DNA of 63,402 bases, filler included, from Octopus bimaculoides (GCF_001194135.2; 7 parts of 7 records of this genome joined end to end with filler, not necessarily neighbours in it); one strand, 5' to 3'; positions 12,218-25,579 are shown, numbered from the whole stretch's first letter. The notes: generated by a model from the sequence alone, not told the origin. Translations and numbers: made by a program.

Positions 12218-13384
12218 CTACGTACATACAAAAATACCCTGTTGGTGTTATTGAAATTCCGATGAAGGAGACTTGGATCTAGGTTAGAAACCGGCTCTTT
12301 CCCTATTAGCAATAAATCTTGANNNNNNNNNNNNNNNNNNNNNNNNNNNNNNNNNNNNNNNNNNNNNNNNNNNNNNNNNNNNNNNNNNNNNNNNNNNNNN
12401 NNNNNNNNNNNNNNNNNNNNNNNNNNNNNNNNNNNNNNNNNNNNNNNNNNNNNNNNNNNNNNNNNNNNNNNNNNNNNNNNNNNNNNNNNNNNNNNNNNNN
12501 NNNNNNNNNNNNNNNNNNNNNNNNNNNNNNNNNNNNNNNNNNNNNNNNNNNNNNNNNNNNNNNNNNNNNNNNNNNNNNNNNNNNNNNNNNNNNNNNNNNN
12601 NNNNNNNNNNNNNNNNNNNNNNNNNNNNNNNNNNNNNNNNNNNNNNNNNNNNNNNNNNNNNNNNNNNNNNNNNNNNNNNNNNNNNNNNNNNNNNNNNNNN
12701 NNNNNNNNNNNNNNNNNNNNNNNNNNNNNNNNNNNNNNNNNNNNNNNNNNNNNNNNNNNNNNNNNNNNNNNNNNNNNNNNNNNNNNNNNNNNNNNNNNNN
12801 NNNNNNNNNNNNNNNNNNNNNNNNNNNNNNNNNNNNNNNNNNNNNNNNNNNNNNNNNNNNNNNNNNNNNNNNNNNNNNNNNNNNNNNNNNNNNNNNNNNN
12901 NNNNNNNNNNTGGGCTAGAAATATTGCGGAAAAACTTGAAACTTGTGATGAGGCCGAGTGACGAAATCTGTGATGAGCCCGAGTGACGCTGATGATCTGG
13001 AATCACCTCTGATATATATATAACGGAAGATATTAATTAGTAAGCAATAATATGAGATAATATATGTATGTTTCTATATTTGTGTGTGTGTATGTATGTA
13101 TGTGTATATGTATTCATTTTCATAGAGCACTCTTAGAAATGTATTGAAAATGGAAAACTTACGATTTATTTGATTCAAATATTCATATATTCATATAATC
13201 AAAAATTTAAATGTTTAAATGTTTTAAAATTCAAAAGTTCCTCAAATTTGTTATGTTCCTTATTTGAGGTTGGGTTACGCCCACCTATAAGGATATAAAT
13301 ATGACTTTTTCATACTCTGAGATGACAATTACTTCTCTGTATCTTCTATAGCAGCTAATTATATAGATATATGTGCGTGTGTAA

Positions 13385-13415
<31 letters not shown>

Positions 13416-13541
13416 TGTATGTATGTATGTATGCATGCATGCATGTATGTATGTATGTGTATGTATATATGTTTGTATGAATGTGTGTATATACCTANNN
13501 NNNNNNNNNNNNNNNNNNNNNNNNNNNNNNNNNNNNNNNNN

Positions 13542-13553
13542 TTAATTAATTAA
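13542..13553. other. Assembly spacer TTAATTAATTAA (also 18619, 43498, 56838, 59132, 62067)
   Basis: Identical 12-mer with stops in all six frames, each centred in an N run (44 N + 12 + 44 N = 100 where counted). Confidence 0.9.
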
Positions 13554-14294
13554 NNNNNNNNNNNNNNNNNNNNNNNNNNNNNNNNNNNNNNNNNNNNATA
13601 TATATATATATATATACATATATACACATATATATCGAAATAGGTAGAGAGAGTGGGGTAAGGTAAGTTCATGTTTGTTGTATCTATATTTTGAGTAATA
13701 TTTGTTAGATCTCGATTTTATTGTTGATACTGTTGCTGTTGTGCTGCCGTTTGTGGTGTTACTTCTGCATATACTTCGGTAGCAATGACTCCGGTAGTTG
13801 CTGCTGCACAATGTGGTGTCTTGGTCGTCGGAGATCCACCAAAGATACATTTATGTATCGTTTGAACAGTCTGTCTAAACGGATATCTCGTCTCGATCAG
13901 GTTCCCTATCTGCCTCAATCAGGTTCTCGAGACTAATTTGGAAGTACATTTCCTGACACTATCTCCTCTCCTTGGGAATATATCATCTCACCCTACCGCT
14001 CGGACAACAAATTGTCGACATCTCTTCGCTATTCAGTTCTAATAGTACCGTATGTAAGACGCCATGCTTTTTAAAAATATTTTAAAATACGCCTGAAGCC
14101 CTGTATGCAAAGATAAGCTTTTCATATATTGATTTTGTCCCTGACGCTCATAACTACTGGCTAATTTTAATCTTCAGAGTCTTACCTACACACATACAGG
14201 AAAGATTTATATGCAGCTGTATTTTCTGCTATAGCTAAGGTACTTTTTGTAATGTTTTATATTGAACTGCTGGATTACACTAAATATTGGTTTT

Positions 14295-14502
14295 AAATTT
14301 TGGCATAAGACCAGTTGTTTAGGAGGAAGGGTAAGTCGATTTTATCGACCTCAGTGCTCATCTTGCACGTATTTTATTCACCCCGAAAATATGAAAGCCA
14401 AAGTCGACCTCGGTTGAATTTGAACTCAGAACGTAAGAACGGACGAATTGCTGATAATCATTTCTCCTGGCGTCCTATCGATTCTGCTCGCTTGGCGCCT
14501 TA
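14295..14502 (-). mobile_element. SINE family A
   Basis: AAAGTCGACCTCGGTTGAATTTGAACTCAGAACGT. Confidence 0.75.
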
Positions 14503-14769
14503 GATTATGTTAAACATTATTACATGTCTTAATGCACTGAAAAAACCATTTAGTCGCAACATACGCCACTGAAATTGCAGTGATTCTATAACGTCATCAA
14601 ATACGGTGAATCCACCAGTCAATATGTAATACGATGTGGTGGATTTCCAAACTTGTGTGCAACAAAAGCTCTGTGTGGGCTTCTCTGAGGTATCTCCTAT
14701 TCACCGTCCCATAACACATGATGCATATAAAAATGTAAACGTTATATATATACATATGTCTACAGTTTT

Positions 14770-14930
14770 TTTTCATTCTCTCTCAGTTTATTTTCTCTTA
14801 TTCTTTTCTGTTGAAGATCGTAGGTTCGAAACGTAGAAGACTTTTTCATTTTCCTGAGCGTCAAACTAACGCACCTGCTTGTTGCTCATTCACCCGTCTT
14901 CGTCTTTTGTTTTTTCTATAAATTTCAACT
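14770..14930 (+). mobile_element. PLE pLTR-like repeat with a hammerhead-like motif (second copy 22300-22440, minus)
   Basis: CTGTTGA-A-GATCGTAGGTTC-GAAACGTA...; sister copy CAGTTGA-A-GAGCGTAGGCTC-GAAACGTC; downstream sequence shared. Confidence 0.5.
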
Positions 14931-14970
14931 GCACACACACATGTGTGTATGTGGGTGTGTGTGTGTGTGT

Positions 14971-15008
<38 letters not shown>

Positions 15009-15855
15009 TCATCATTTGTTTCTATATTTGGTCCTTCTAGGTAAAACAGTGTTCTCTATGATCTAGAGGCAAGACTAATTCCGTCCACGCGTCCTCTCTG
15101 GGATAACACATTGAACTAAATTCGGTCTGTCCTTTTTATCTGAAGATATCAGCCCAACAATTCTTACAGCTCCTGCAAAAGATTGCGTCGAACATCGTTC
15201 TTAGTATAACTACTTTTCGTTTACGTTCTTTTCTTTTTTTTCTTTTTTATATGTTGATACTGATTTTGCTGCATCTTGTTATTGTGGTTCTGCTGCTTCA
15301 CTTCTGGCCAATCCAGATGCATCTTTCCTGTTATTTCTTACTTCCATATAATCTATTGGCGATCCGATTGTCGCGTTATATCTGTTAGTCGCGATTGCAG
15401 TGTTGAAGTTGCTGATGTTCATGTTGCGGCCGACACTGTTGCTAGATATATCGCTGTAGTTTCATTTACCACTGCTATCACGATTAAAGCTAGCAGTAAA
15501 GTACTAGTGGTGCTATTACATTTTCTCTCTTGTATATGTTTCAATAAAATCTGAAATCGAATGAATAGCTTCTTGTCCGTTAGAAAAAGTTATTTCTCTT
15601 ATAATGTCCGGCAAGAAAGCAAGAATTATGACAGTATTTACCAACTTAAAGAAGGAGACCACCCAGAAAAGTTGCAGGAGATTTCGAAGTCGTCCGGAGG
15701 GCGTGGTTGTCGCCAATGGCGATTTTATTGAATAAATGTACTCTTCAGCATTTCCGGATATTTCTATGTAATTTTAGTAAATATGTCTATTAAAATGAGA
15801 TGTCAAGTGTTATTTTCACTTTAGCGTAATTTCGACGACAATTCGTTTAGCGTAC

Positions 15856-15892
<37 letters not shown>

Positions 15893-16378
15893 NNNNNNNN
15901 NNNNNNNNNNNNNNNNNNNNNNNNNNNNNNNNNNNNNNNNNNNNNNNNNNNNNNNNNNNNNNNNNNNNNNNNNNNNNNNNNNNNNNNNNNNNNNNNNNNN
16001 NNNNNNNNNNNNNNNNNNNNNNNNNNNNNNNNNNNNNNNNNNNNNNNNNNNNNNNNNNNNNNNNNNNNNNNNNNNNNNNNNNNNNNNNNNNNNNNNNNNN
16101 NNNNNNNNNNNNNNNNNNNNNNNNNNNNNNNNNNNNNNNNNNNNNNNNNNNNNNNNNNNNNNNNNNNNNNNNNNNNNNNNNNNNNNNNNNNNNNNNNNNN
16201 NNNNNNNNNNNNNNNNNNNNNNNNNNNNNNNNNNNNNNNNNNNNNNNNNNNNNNNNNNNNNNNNNNNNNNNNNNNNNNNNNNNNNNNNNNNNNNNNNNNN
16301 NNNNNNNNNNNNNNNNNNNNNNNNNNNNNNNNNNNNNNNNNNNNNNNNNNNNNNNNNNNNNNNNNNNNNNNNNNNNNN

Positions 16379-16446
<68 letters not shown>

Positions 16447-17064
16447 TGCGTGTGTGTGTGTGTGTCTTTTATTTTATATACAGGAGTGTGTATGTGAATG
16501 TGTGTGTATCTGAACAACTCCATACAAGTACGCACACAAGCTTCCTGAATACCTGTAACAAATAAAACTACAACTAATACTTGAAGCGTACTTCCGTGTA
16601 CTCGTCTAGTGTTGGTTTGATTGGTTGTGTGTACTGGGAACTTTTAGACGAAACCAAATGAACAGTTTTTGAGAACTACTCATATAAAATCACTACTGGA
16701 AAACAATGAATAAATGACAGTCGACTTTATAACATATTACAAGCATGTAGATACCTAACGGCCATGCGTGCTTAGAAATAAGTAGTCTTCTATCTAATTA
16801 GATACTTTATATACACCCGCTGAGCCAAAATTTCACCAACGTCATAACATTCGGCAGCATAAATACAAAACGCATGCCCGCGTAAATAGAATTAAGTATA
16901 AATACATACATACACTCAGTCACATTCGCACACGTCTACGTAGACACACACACATATATATATAAATGTGTGAGTGCATATATATATATTTATATATATA
17001 TATACGTACGTATATATGTATGTATATTTATATATATTTATATTTATATGTATAGGTGTGTATA

Positions 17065-17119
<55 letters not shown>

Positions 17120-17618
17120 GCATGTATGTACGTATGTGTATAGATATATATTCACATGGGTGTGTATGTATGTATGTATGTATGTATGTAGGTGTGTTTG
17201 TATGCCTTTAAGTATAAAAGTATATTCCACGACAGATAGTAGCCATCGTGGTAAGAATTTCCCTTAAACAAGTTTGTGTTTGTGTGTGCGTGTGTATGTG
17301 AGTGAGTTTCTGTATAAGTGCATGTGTCATTTTGTGTATACGTGTGTGTGTATGTTTTTGTATGCGTGCACATTCCTGCATTTGTGTGTCAGTGTTTGTC
17401 TGTGTTTGTGCGTGTTTGTTTAGTGTGTGTGAGAGACGATGATTGCATCTGTGCAAGGAAACGGTGCCACAAGTTAGCATGTACGTGTGTATTCTGAAGA
17501 CTACGAGCGTATTAGAGCGAACATTTGGATTCACCAGGACTTCAAAGTGCAGCTATGAATACAAATGCCTATATACATCGATATAGATATTCAAATACAT
17601 ATTGACAAACGGGTAGTT

Positions 17619-17669
<51 letters not shown>

Positions 17670-17970
17670 ATATACATATATACATACATACACGCATATA
17701 TACATATATATATATATATATACATATTTATATATATATATATACATATTTATATATGTATATACATATATGCATACACACACACACACACACACANNNN
17801 NNNNNNNNNNNNNNNNNNNNNNNNNNNNNNNNNNNNNNNNNNNNNNNNNNNNNNNNNNNNNNNNNATGCGAGTATAGAAATCAATATACATGTATATATT
17901 TTTACATTCATGCAGGCGCACGCACACTCACACCCCCACACCCACACGTATATACACATGTAGTGTATAC

Positions 17971-18013
<43 letters not shown>

Positions 18014-18528
18014 TGTATGTATGTATACATATATATGTATGTATGTATATCTACATACATATGGATAGGACTCTATACGTGCAAATTGCACTGTGTAACT
18101 TAGAATCTATATGTAAAAATAAATGGCTGTTTCTTGTACAAGTTAATTGAATTTAATGTGTAGATCATGACAATTTAAATTTAACATCAACAAATCATGA
18201 AATTGCAGCAGCATTATAAGAGGGGGAAAAAATTAAACATCATGAAGTTTTAATTTTATTCTAGATCTCGTGTCAGCAATTTCCTGACTGCCATGTTTGT
18301 GATTGCCAGAGGGCGCTAGTTGTTCAGAGGAGTAGATGTTGTGATGTTGTATCATTATTTATGGTCACGTATGATTATAAATTAGCCTAAGAAAAAAAAA
18401 AAAGGATTATATATGTATACATACCAAACATTACTTTTGTACATACATGCATGCATGCATACATACATACATACATACATACATGCATACATACGAACGT
18501 ACATATATTTATATATAGGTATACATTG

Positions 18529-18574
<46 letters not shown>

Positions 18575-18674
18575 NNNNNNNNNNNNNNNNNNNNNNNNNN
18601 NNNNNNNNNNNNNNNNNNTTAATTAATTAANNNNNNNNNNNNNNNNNNNNNNNNNNNNNNNNNNNNNNNNNNNN

Positions 18675-18732
<58 letters not shown>

Positions 18733-19434
18733 AAAGAATACGTGAGTAAGTGAGGAAAGATGGATAGAAAAATGATATCGACGAACAATATGTTGAGCAG
18801 ATTTAATGAGGTTGTGTTGTGAAATAGCGAAGACGCAGAGAATATGTTAAAGACAGATTAGTTTATTTTATTAAATTACACAGAGTAAGAATTTGAAGAA
18901 GTAACGTAATATGTATGTCTGCGAACAATAAAAAAGAGTAATGTAGTAAGATTAAACATTAATTGCCACCATATTCAACTTGGAATACACCATAGTAATG
19001 AAAATTCTTGACTTTGACATTTAGAATGAATACTACGATTATCGTTAGAAGTTGATATTCAGAATGAAATATTGTGGTCCAGAACGTTAACAAAGAGTCG
19101 AAGGATAAACAGTAGCGTGGTAGCAATAAAAAGAATAGAAATAGCTGAAAGAAACAAACTGAAATACGTAAAGAAAATTGAGCAAATCTGAATGCAGGAT
19201 TATTAAGAATTAGACAAAGGAACCAAAAATATACACTTCCATTTTTGGTAAATACTGCAGTAGTGAATATATATATTAAGTGTAAATAATTACATTTAAT
19301 ATTCGTGCTTATGTATGCTATCAATCGTTTTGTATATACATGGCTGTTTGTGTTAAATATATATACAATCACAGCCATTTTATTTCATATATAACTTTAT
19401 ACCATATCTTTTATCTTAGGTTGTGCCCTAAAAT

Positions 19435-19590
19435 CTTTCAGTCATTAGAGTGCGCCATTTTAGGGCACAGCCTTAAATTTTTAGTCGAATGAATCGACGC
19501 CATTACTTATTTTGTAAGCGTGGTATATATGTTCTATCGGTCTCCTTTGCCGAAACACTAAATTACCAAGCGGCAGAGGGGTGACAGACA
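19435..19590 (-). mobile_element. SINE family B 3' part, decayed
   Basis: CAGTCATT...TTCTATCGGTCTCCTTTGCCGAA similarity to family B. Confidence 0.6.
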
Positions 19591-19609
19591 CAGTAATAAA
19601 GACACACAC

Positions 19610-19643
<34 letters not shown>

Positions 19644-20289
19644 NNNNNNNNNNNNNNNNNNNNNNNNNNNNNNNNNNNNNNNNNNNNNNNNNNNNNNNNN
19701 NNNNNNNNNNNNNNNNNNNNNNNNNNNNNNNNNNNNNNNNNNNNNNNNNNNNNNNNNNNNNNNNNNNNNNNNNNNNNNNNNNNNNNNNNNNNNNNNNNNN
19801 NNNNNNNNNNNNNNNNNNNNNNNNNNNNNNNNNNNNNNNNNNNNNNNNNNNNNNNNNNNNNNNNNNNNNNNNNNNNNNNNNNNNNNNNNNNNNNNNNNNN
19901 NNNNNNNNNNNNNNNNNNNNNNNNNNNNNNNNNNNNNNNNNNNNNNNNNNNNNNNNNNNNNNNNNNNNNNNNNNNNNNNNNNNNNNNNNNNNNNNNNNNN
20001 NNNNNNNNNNNNNNNNNNNNNNNNNNNNNNNNNNNNNNNNNNNNNNNNNNNNNNNNNNNNNNNNNNNNNNNNNNNNNNNNNNNNNNNNNNNNNNNNNNNN
20101 NNNNNNNNNNNNNNNNNNNNNNNNNNNNNNNNNNNNNNNNNNNNNNNNNTATATATATATATATATATATATATGATCTTTCCTTCTTGGCCTGACTGCT
20201 GCTCGTACAACACCTTATTTTCCTGTCTCCTGACTTTCATTTATGTGTGTACCTCAAGGCTTTCACTCCACCCACAAGCTCAACTTAAG

Positions 20290-20640
20290 TTGTCCTTATT
20301 AGTCGAAAGACACCTGTTGTTATTCTCTTGTTTGTATTTGTAATCAAGTAACAGTTTCTCCGTTTTCTCGTTTTGTTTTTGTTTTTGTTTTTTGTCCGTG
20401 TTGTCGCACACATTCAGTTGCTTTCTTCCAAAAATGTTATCGTCTTAGCTTAGATTTTTGGAGCCAACCAATTTTGAACAGTCTCAAGTGCAACAGGCTG
20501 AAACTGTAACGATAATTAAAAACTTAACTGATGAATAGAAGGCCACGAATGATCCGTCCTGGTTATTCCTGCCCGTCTTTGTATCCTCTATCTAATCAGT
20601 ATGTTTTTATCATCGTCGTCCGTTACGTTCTTATTCTGTT
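20290..20640 (+). repeat. Diverged relative of the 60503-61480 repeats
   Basis: Shares TAGTCGAAAGAC, TTAGCTTA and CTGATGA...CGAATGATCCG blocks in the same order. Confidence 0.4.
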
Positions 20641-20705
20641 TTTTAATTTTTTCTGATTTATCGATTTACAAGGCTTCGTCGGTCAGAGGATATTGTATAA
20701 ATCCC

Positions 20706-20790
20706 TCGTCCAAGATGCTACGCAATGGGACTGAACTCGGAACCATGTGGTTGGGAAGCAAGCATCTTACAGCTACACCTGCGCCTATCA
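20706..20790 (-). mobile_element. SINE family B head fragment
   Basis: GGGACTGAACTCGGAACCATGTGGTTGG. Confidence 0.6.
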
Positions 20791-21678
20791 TAATTTTTTA
20801 AATAATTGCCCTTAATTCTTCAATTTTATATTTGATCTCATTTTTGTGTTCCATTGATTCGTTTTGTTTGTTTCATTAATGTCTACCGAGGAGATGTTTG
20901 ACATAAACACGTACTAAAATTTCACTGACAAACCAAGGATTTTAAATCTATTTTTCGATACTAGAGTTTGTTATTTTTGTTTTCTTTTGTCTCTCTGTGT
21001 TTAAGTGTGTGGTGTATGAAATGGTGTACGTTGTGATGGACGGAAAAATGTGGTTGTCGTGGTGATATGCAACACGTTTGTAAGGGTAGCGTACTATGAA
21101 GTTCGAGAAATTTAAATGTTCTCAATGCTGTATCAGAAAAGGTTTAGACTAAATCCATAACTAAAGTGATTAATGCAAAGTTTACTCTACACAATCATAC
21201 ACATACACACTCACACAGACACACACACAAACACACACACGTAAATAGACGGACACACACAAACACACACACGTAAATAGAGAGAGAACGAGGGAAAAAG
21301 AAAGAATGAGAGTGAGAAAGAAAGAGAAAGATGGAGAAAAATTGAAAGTGAGTAAGTGAGAGAGAGTGAGAGAGAAAGAAAGGAAGAAAGAAAGAGAAAA
21401 ATTTGGATATTTTTTAAAACTATCCACGTGAATATTTCTATGTGTCTCTGTAAGTATGTATGATGTGATATAATTTTTCACTTTAAAAGAACTAATAATT
21501 TGTGTGTGACGAGCGTTAAAAAAACCACATTAGTTCAAGAGGCGAATACCGAGCAGATTTCTCATACATGCTAGAAGAGATCAACTCGTGGAGATGTATT
21601 TATGCAATTCGGTTACAGAAACGTCTCTTTGAAACTTGCATAAAAAATATACATACGTATTACTAGTCATTGGCTTGT

Positions 21679-22010
21679 GAAGGCACATAGCTCAGTGTTT
21701 AAAGCATCGGGCTCACAATCATGAGGTGGTGAGTTCAATTCCCAGATCAGGGTGTGTGTTGTGTTCTTGAGCAAGACTCTTTATTTCACGTTGCTTTAGT
21801 TCATTCAGTTGTATAAATGAATTGCGACGTCACTGGTGCCAAGTTACATCGGCGTTTTCTTTTCCTTCAGTGACTTGGAGAGTGGCGGCTGGTATGCGTG
21901 GGCGACTGCTGGTCTTCTATAAACAAGCTTGCCCAGACTTGTTCCTCGGAGAGTAACTTTCTAGGTGCAATCTCATGGACATTCATGACCGAAAGGGATC
22001 TTTACCTTTT
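21679..22010 (+). mobile_element. tRNA-derived SINE family C, full length
   Basis: A box TAGCTCAGTG, B box GTTCAATTCC, CORE-like GTGTTCTTGAGCAAGAC; paralogue at 56110-56443. Confidence 0.8.
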
Positions 22011-22143
22011 TACCATAGTCATTCGCTTAAAGATATAAAACACACACGCATGTATATATTATGCACGCTTTCTATTGGCGCTTTCAGATTCCCATAAATT
22101 TCCAGAGTAGATTAATAGATCATATACCCATATGTGTGTTAAT

Positions 22144-22197
<54 letters not shown>

Positions 22198-22299
22198 NNN
22201 NNNNNNNNNNNNNNNNNNNNNNNNNNNNNNNNNNNNNNNNNNNNNNNNNNNNNNTATATATATATATATATATATATATATGGGAGAATTTACGAAAAA

Positions 22300-22440
22300 A
22301 ACAACAGACAAAGACAGGTGATGTAAACAACAAATGGATGTATTAGTTTAACTCTCGGGAATAGAGAAAGTCTTTGACGTTTCGAGCCTACGCTCTTCAA
22401 CTGAAAGGAACACAGAACGAAACAAGGAGAAAAAATATAA
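22300..22440 (-). mobile_element. PLE pLTR-like repeat with a hammerhead-like motif
   Basis: Reverse-complement relative of 14770-14930. Confidence 0.5.
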
Positions 22441-22689
22441 ATGTAGTGGTCAGCGATCTGTATGCATGTATGTGTATATATGTATATTTTAAGCAGTTAT
22501 CGTGCGGCATAGGCGTCACAGTTTAATGAACGCAGCAATACAGTTGACACTGATAGCGCTTATTCCTCGTGGAATTTTACCCTATGAGAGACACTGCTAT
22601 AAGAATCAGCAATAATCAGGTGATGAAAAACATCTGCGAAATACCTGCAATTTTAGATCACCGTATTATGAAGCAGCTCAATAATCTGT

Positions 22690-23136
22690 TTTCAATACAT
22701 CATAACACACCACTAATTGGTGACTGCATTACCAATTTTGAACCTAAACCCATTAACTTCTGTGGCTTACCAAAAGTACAAAAGTCAAATGGAATACAAA
22801 AATAGTAAAGGAGCATTGCAGTAAATAGATAAAATTATTATTGCCAAAGGCTACGAGACTTAGGCACGTTAAAGCTGGTGAGAGTTTGTCCTGTCCATCG
22901 CCAAACAATTTGGTTGAAATCATTTGGAAGCCACTATTTACCCTCATGCTGAGTTTTATTCGGGATGGCATTGGTTTCTTGTTTCATGTAGTCGAAACAA
23001 CAGAACTGAATTCCTTGTTGGTGTAGTAAGGTTCTACACAAATATTCCATGCGATTTGGGAATAAAGACAATTAAATTTTGGAGCGGAAACTTAGGGAAC
23101 CTCTTCAATTCTGAATTTTCAATTCTTATATGGTGA
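22690..23136 (+). pseudogene. Penelope-like reverse transcriptase N-terminal relic
   Basis: NFCGLPKVQKS (cf. FYGLPKIHK), LVEIIWKPL...SFIRDGIGFL, FYTNIPCDLGIKTIKFW (cf. LYTNIPH.LG..AI.FW). Confidence 0.65.
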
Positions 23137-23139
23137 CTG

Positions 23140-23480
23140 GCTTTGCGCTATACACAGTTCTGTTAGGAGCCTTTAAAGAAATAAATCTGACGAAATAAAG
23201 CCATGTTATCTGGCTGGCCGTTCCATAGCTCTGCTCCGTCTTAACTAATGACTTTCCAATGTAATATCAAGCCCATCTCATACAATGCGACTGTAATGTG
23301 TTGAGGTATCATTTTAAGAACAATATCACAGAACGAGGCATTTATTATTACCGTGTGATGCCAACAGACAATTGCACACCAGATTCTTACACGAGGGAGA
23401 TGAAGATTTCTGTTTAGTTCTATACGAGTATTTACGGAAGATTCATTCAACTTGACTGATAGTGTGTTTGAAGAGGTTTG
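23140..23480 (-). pseudogene. Highly decayed Tc1/mariner-superfamily transposase fragment
   Basis: LHLPRVRIWCAI (cf. LHSP.VTVWCA), S*DGA (cf. QQDGA), PAR*...SDLFL (cf. WPARSPDL.P.DFFL). Confidence 0.45.
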
Positions 23481-23629
23481 ACGTTTGAGAAGTTTGTTTT
23501 AATAGCTGTAAAAATCTGTTGCCCCTTTTCACATGTAGTAACTTTAACGGGTTGTCCTAATTTATCATTATTTAAGGGTTTTCCAATGCTGTTAAATTTT
23601 GTCTCGTCTACATCGAGGCGCATGACGCT

Positions 23630-23755
23630 CACAAGCCTCTGTTGATTACGTCCAGCGTGTATATATCAGCCCACAAGCCTCTGTTGATTACGTCCAGCGT
23701 GTATATATCAGCCCACAAGCCTCTGTTGATTACGTCCAACGTGTATATATCAGCC
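23630..23755. repeat. 42-bp minisatellite x3
   Basis: CACAAGCCTCTGTTGATTACGTCCAGCGTGTATATATCAGCC; three units, one substitution. Confidence 0.95.
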
Positions 23756-24408
23756 GTTTAGTTGCAAGACAAATAGTTGTCATAATCTAAAATGAAATAT
23801 TTCACTGATTAGAGTCTTAAGAATCTACGCGATATACAGTATTAATAAGATATTAAATGAAATACTATTTGATCCAAAAAGGTTGTATTTATCGCTACTT
23901 TAACGTGACTGTTCTCTAAGAAACGACAATACTACAATTTTAAGCCTAGGAAGATATCTCCTCCAGCATGTTTATTCACTTTCGCACCCGATATTTATTG
24001 CAAGCGGGAGATAAATCTTGCCACTCTAGCTCCGACCACGTGATTTCGATTTTATTGAATCATTTCGGAGGCGAGCGCTCGTTTGCCAGGAATGACAGTA
24101 GTCGAAATTCGCTTGCAAAAATGTAGAAAATATAGTGTCATACAATCACTGATTTGGTAACTAGGAAGCTAGTCCGTTAGAAAATGTCTATTCGCCAGGC
24201 ATGACAATAGTCTAACACAGACCAAATAAGTGATATCTATTAAAAAATTGTGTCTTACTTGTCGGTCCCCTAGTGTATGTATTTGTGTACATATACATAT
24301 ATTTATGCGTGTGTGTGTGTGTGCGCGCGCGCGCGTGTGTTTTGGGCTGGGCAGCGTCTGTGTGTATATGTACATACATACAGACCTCTCTCTTTTTCTA
24401 TTCACCTA

Positions 24409-24472
<64 letters not shown>

Positions 24473-24491
24473 CATACATACATACACACAC

Positions 24492-24568
<77 letters not shown>

Positions 24569-25084
24569 GAGAGAGAGAGAGAGTGAGTGAGTGAGTGAGT
24601 GAGTGAGAAAGAAAGATAGTAAAAGATAAAGGATGTATATATGTATGCATGTATGTTTGCGCTCCCACGTTGAATTCATTCATAATAATCAATCTAACCG
24701 CTTGTATTTAATTGTATACACTTGTATTTATCTGCTCATTAATCACTCAAGTAATTACTATATCTACCATTGGGCTTTCGCAATTTAACAGTCAGAAACA
24801 CGTACATAGTTTATACAATTTTATGTACAGCTGCATCAATGACAAAATGAGACTCTGTAATCGTACGTACTGATTAAAGACATAACCCTCATATTGCAAA
24901 ATGTCATCTTAAAAAGAGAACACGTTGGTTAACGTTGGACAACATAACCCTAGGTTCACTATGCTTCACAAATGGACGGTCATGCTTTACAATGTATTGA
25001 GCATGCAATGAATGTATAATTTTTGTAGAAAGATATTTGTGAGAAGCTACACAGAATACACATATATGTACGCACATATCTAGA

Positions 25085-25388
25085 TGTATATATCACGTGA
25101 CCGACCAGGCTATCAGATGTTGTTACTCAACTTGTCAAAATGCACTTTTGCATTGTTTTGGCCTTCAAATGACGCCACTCTACTGGCCAGGCCAGCAGNN
25201 NNNNNNNNNNNNNNNNNNNNNNNNNNNNNNNNNNNNNNNNNNNNNNCCACCGAACGAAAGACGAAATGGAGCAACTTGAAATGTAGTGCTTTGCCCAAGA
25301 TCACAACACGCCACCCACTCGGGGAATCGAACCCACGTTCTAACGATACGAGTGCAGCAGCCTAATCACTAGGCCACGCGTTTTCACT
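25085..25388 (-). mobile_element. tRNA-derived SINE family E (interrupted by a gap)
   Basis: Minus strand TGGCCTAGTGA A box, GGTTCGATTCC B box, GTGATCTTGGGCAAAGCAC CORE-like segment. Confidence 0.7.
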
Positions 25389-25579
25389 AGATGTGTGTGT
25401 GTGTGTGTGCAGGAGTAACTGAGCAATGCGTTAATCGAACATTGTAAATGTAATCAAATAATTATTCTATATTTAAAATTGTAAATATTTAATCGATACA
25501 GCTACTTCACCCCTTTTATGTTTGTCTGTCCTTGTTCGTCCCCTGTTTGTAATGCCTTTATAGCAAATATTTATGAAAT

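Noticed and set aside
12255-12305. CCGATGAAGG...AGAAACCGGCTC hammerhead-like string
   Set aside because: Core and stems do not fit together; other isolated CTGANGA hits (about 7416, 12022, 15140, 31401, 32213) also lack stems
13542-13553. Recurrent TTAATTAATTAA islands that look like a conserved regularly flanked motif
   Set aside because: Always centred in N runs and encode stops in six frames: scaffold-joining spacer, not biology
13718-14050. Gln/Thr-rich ORF and faint Gypsy-integrase-like words (RLFKRYIN)
   Set aside because: Multiple stops in all frames; similarity too weak to call
15516-15716. ORF with a signal-peptide-like start (MATTTPSGRLRNLLQLFW)
   Set aside because: Begins at TTG; downstream frames are broken by stops
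18959-19378. 139-aa F/L/I-rich minus ORF
   Set aside because: AT-rich composition explains it; no recognisable motif or splice context
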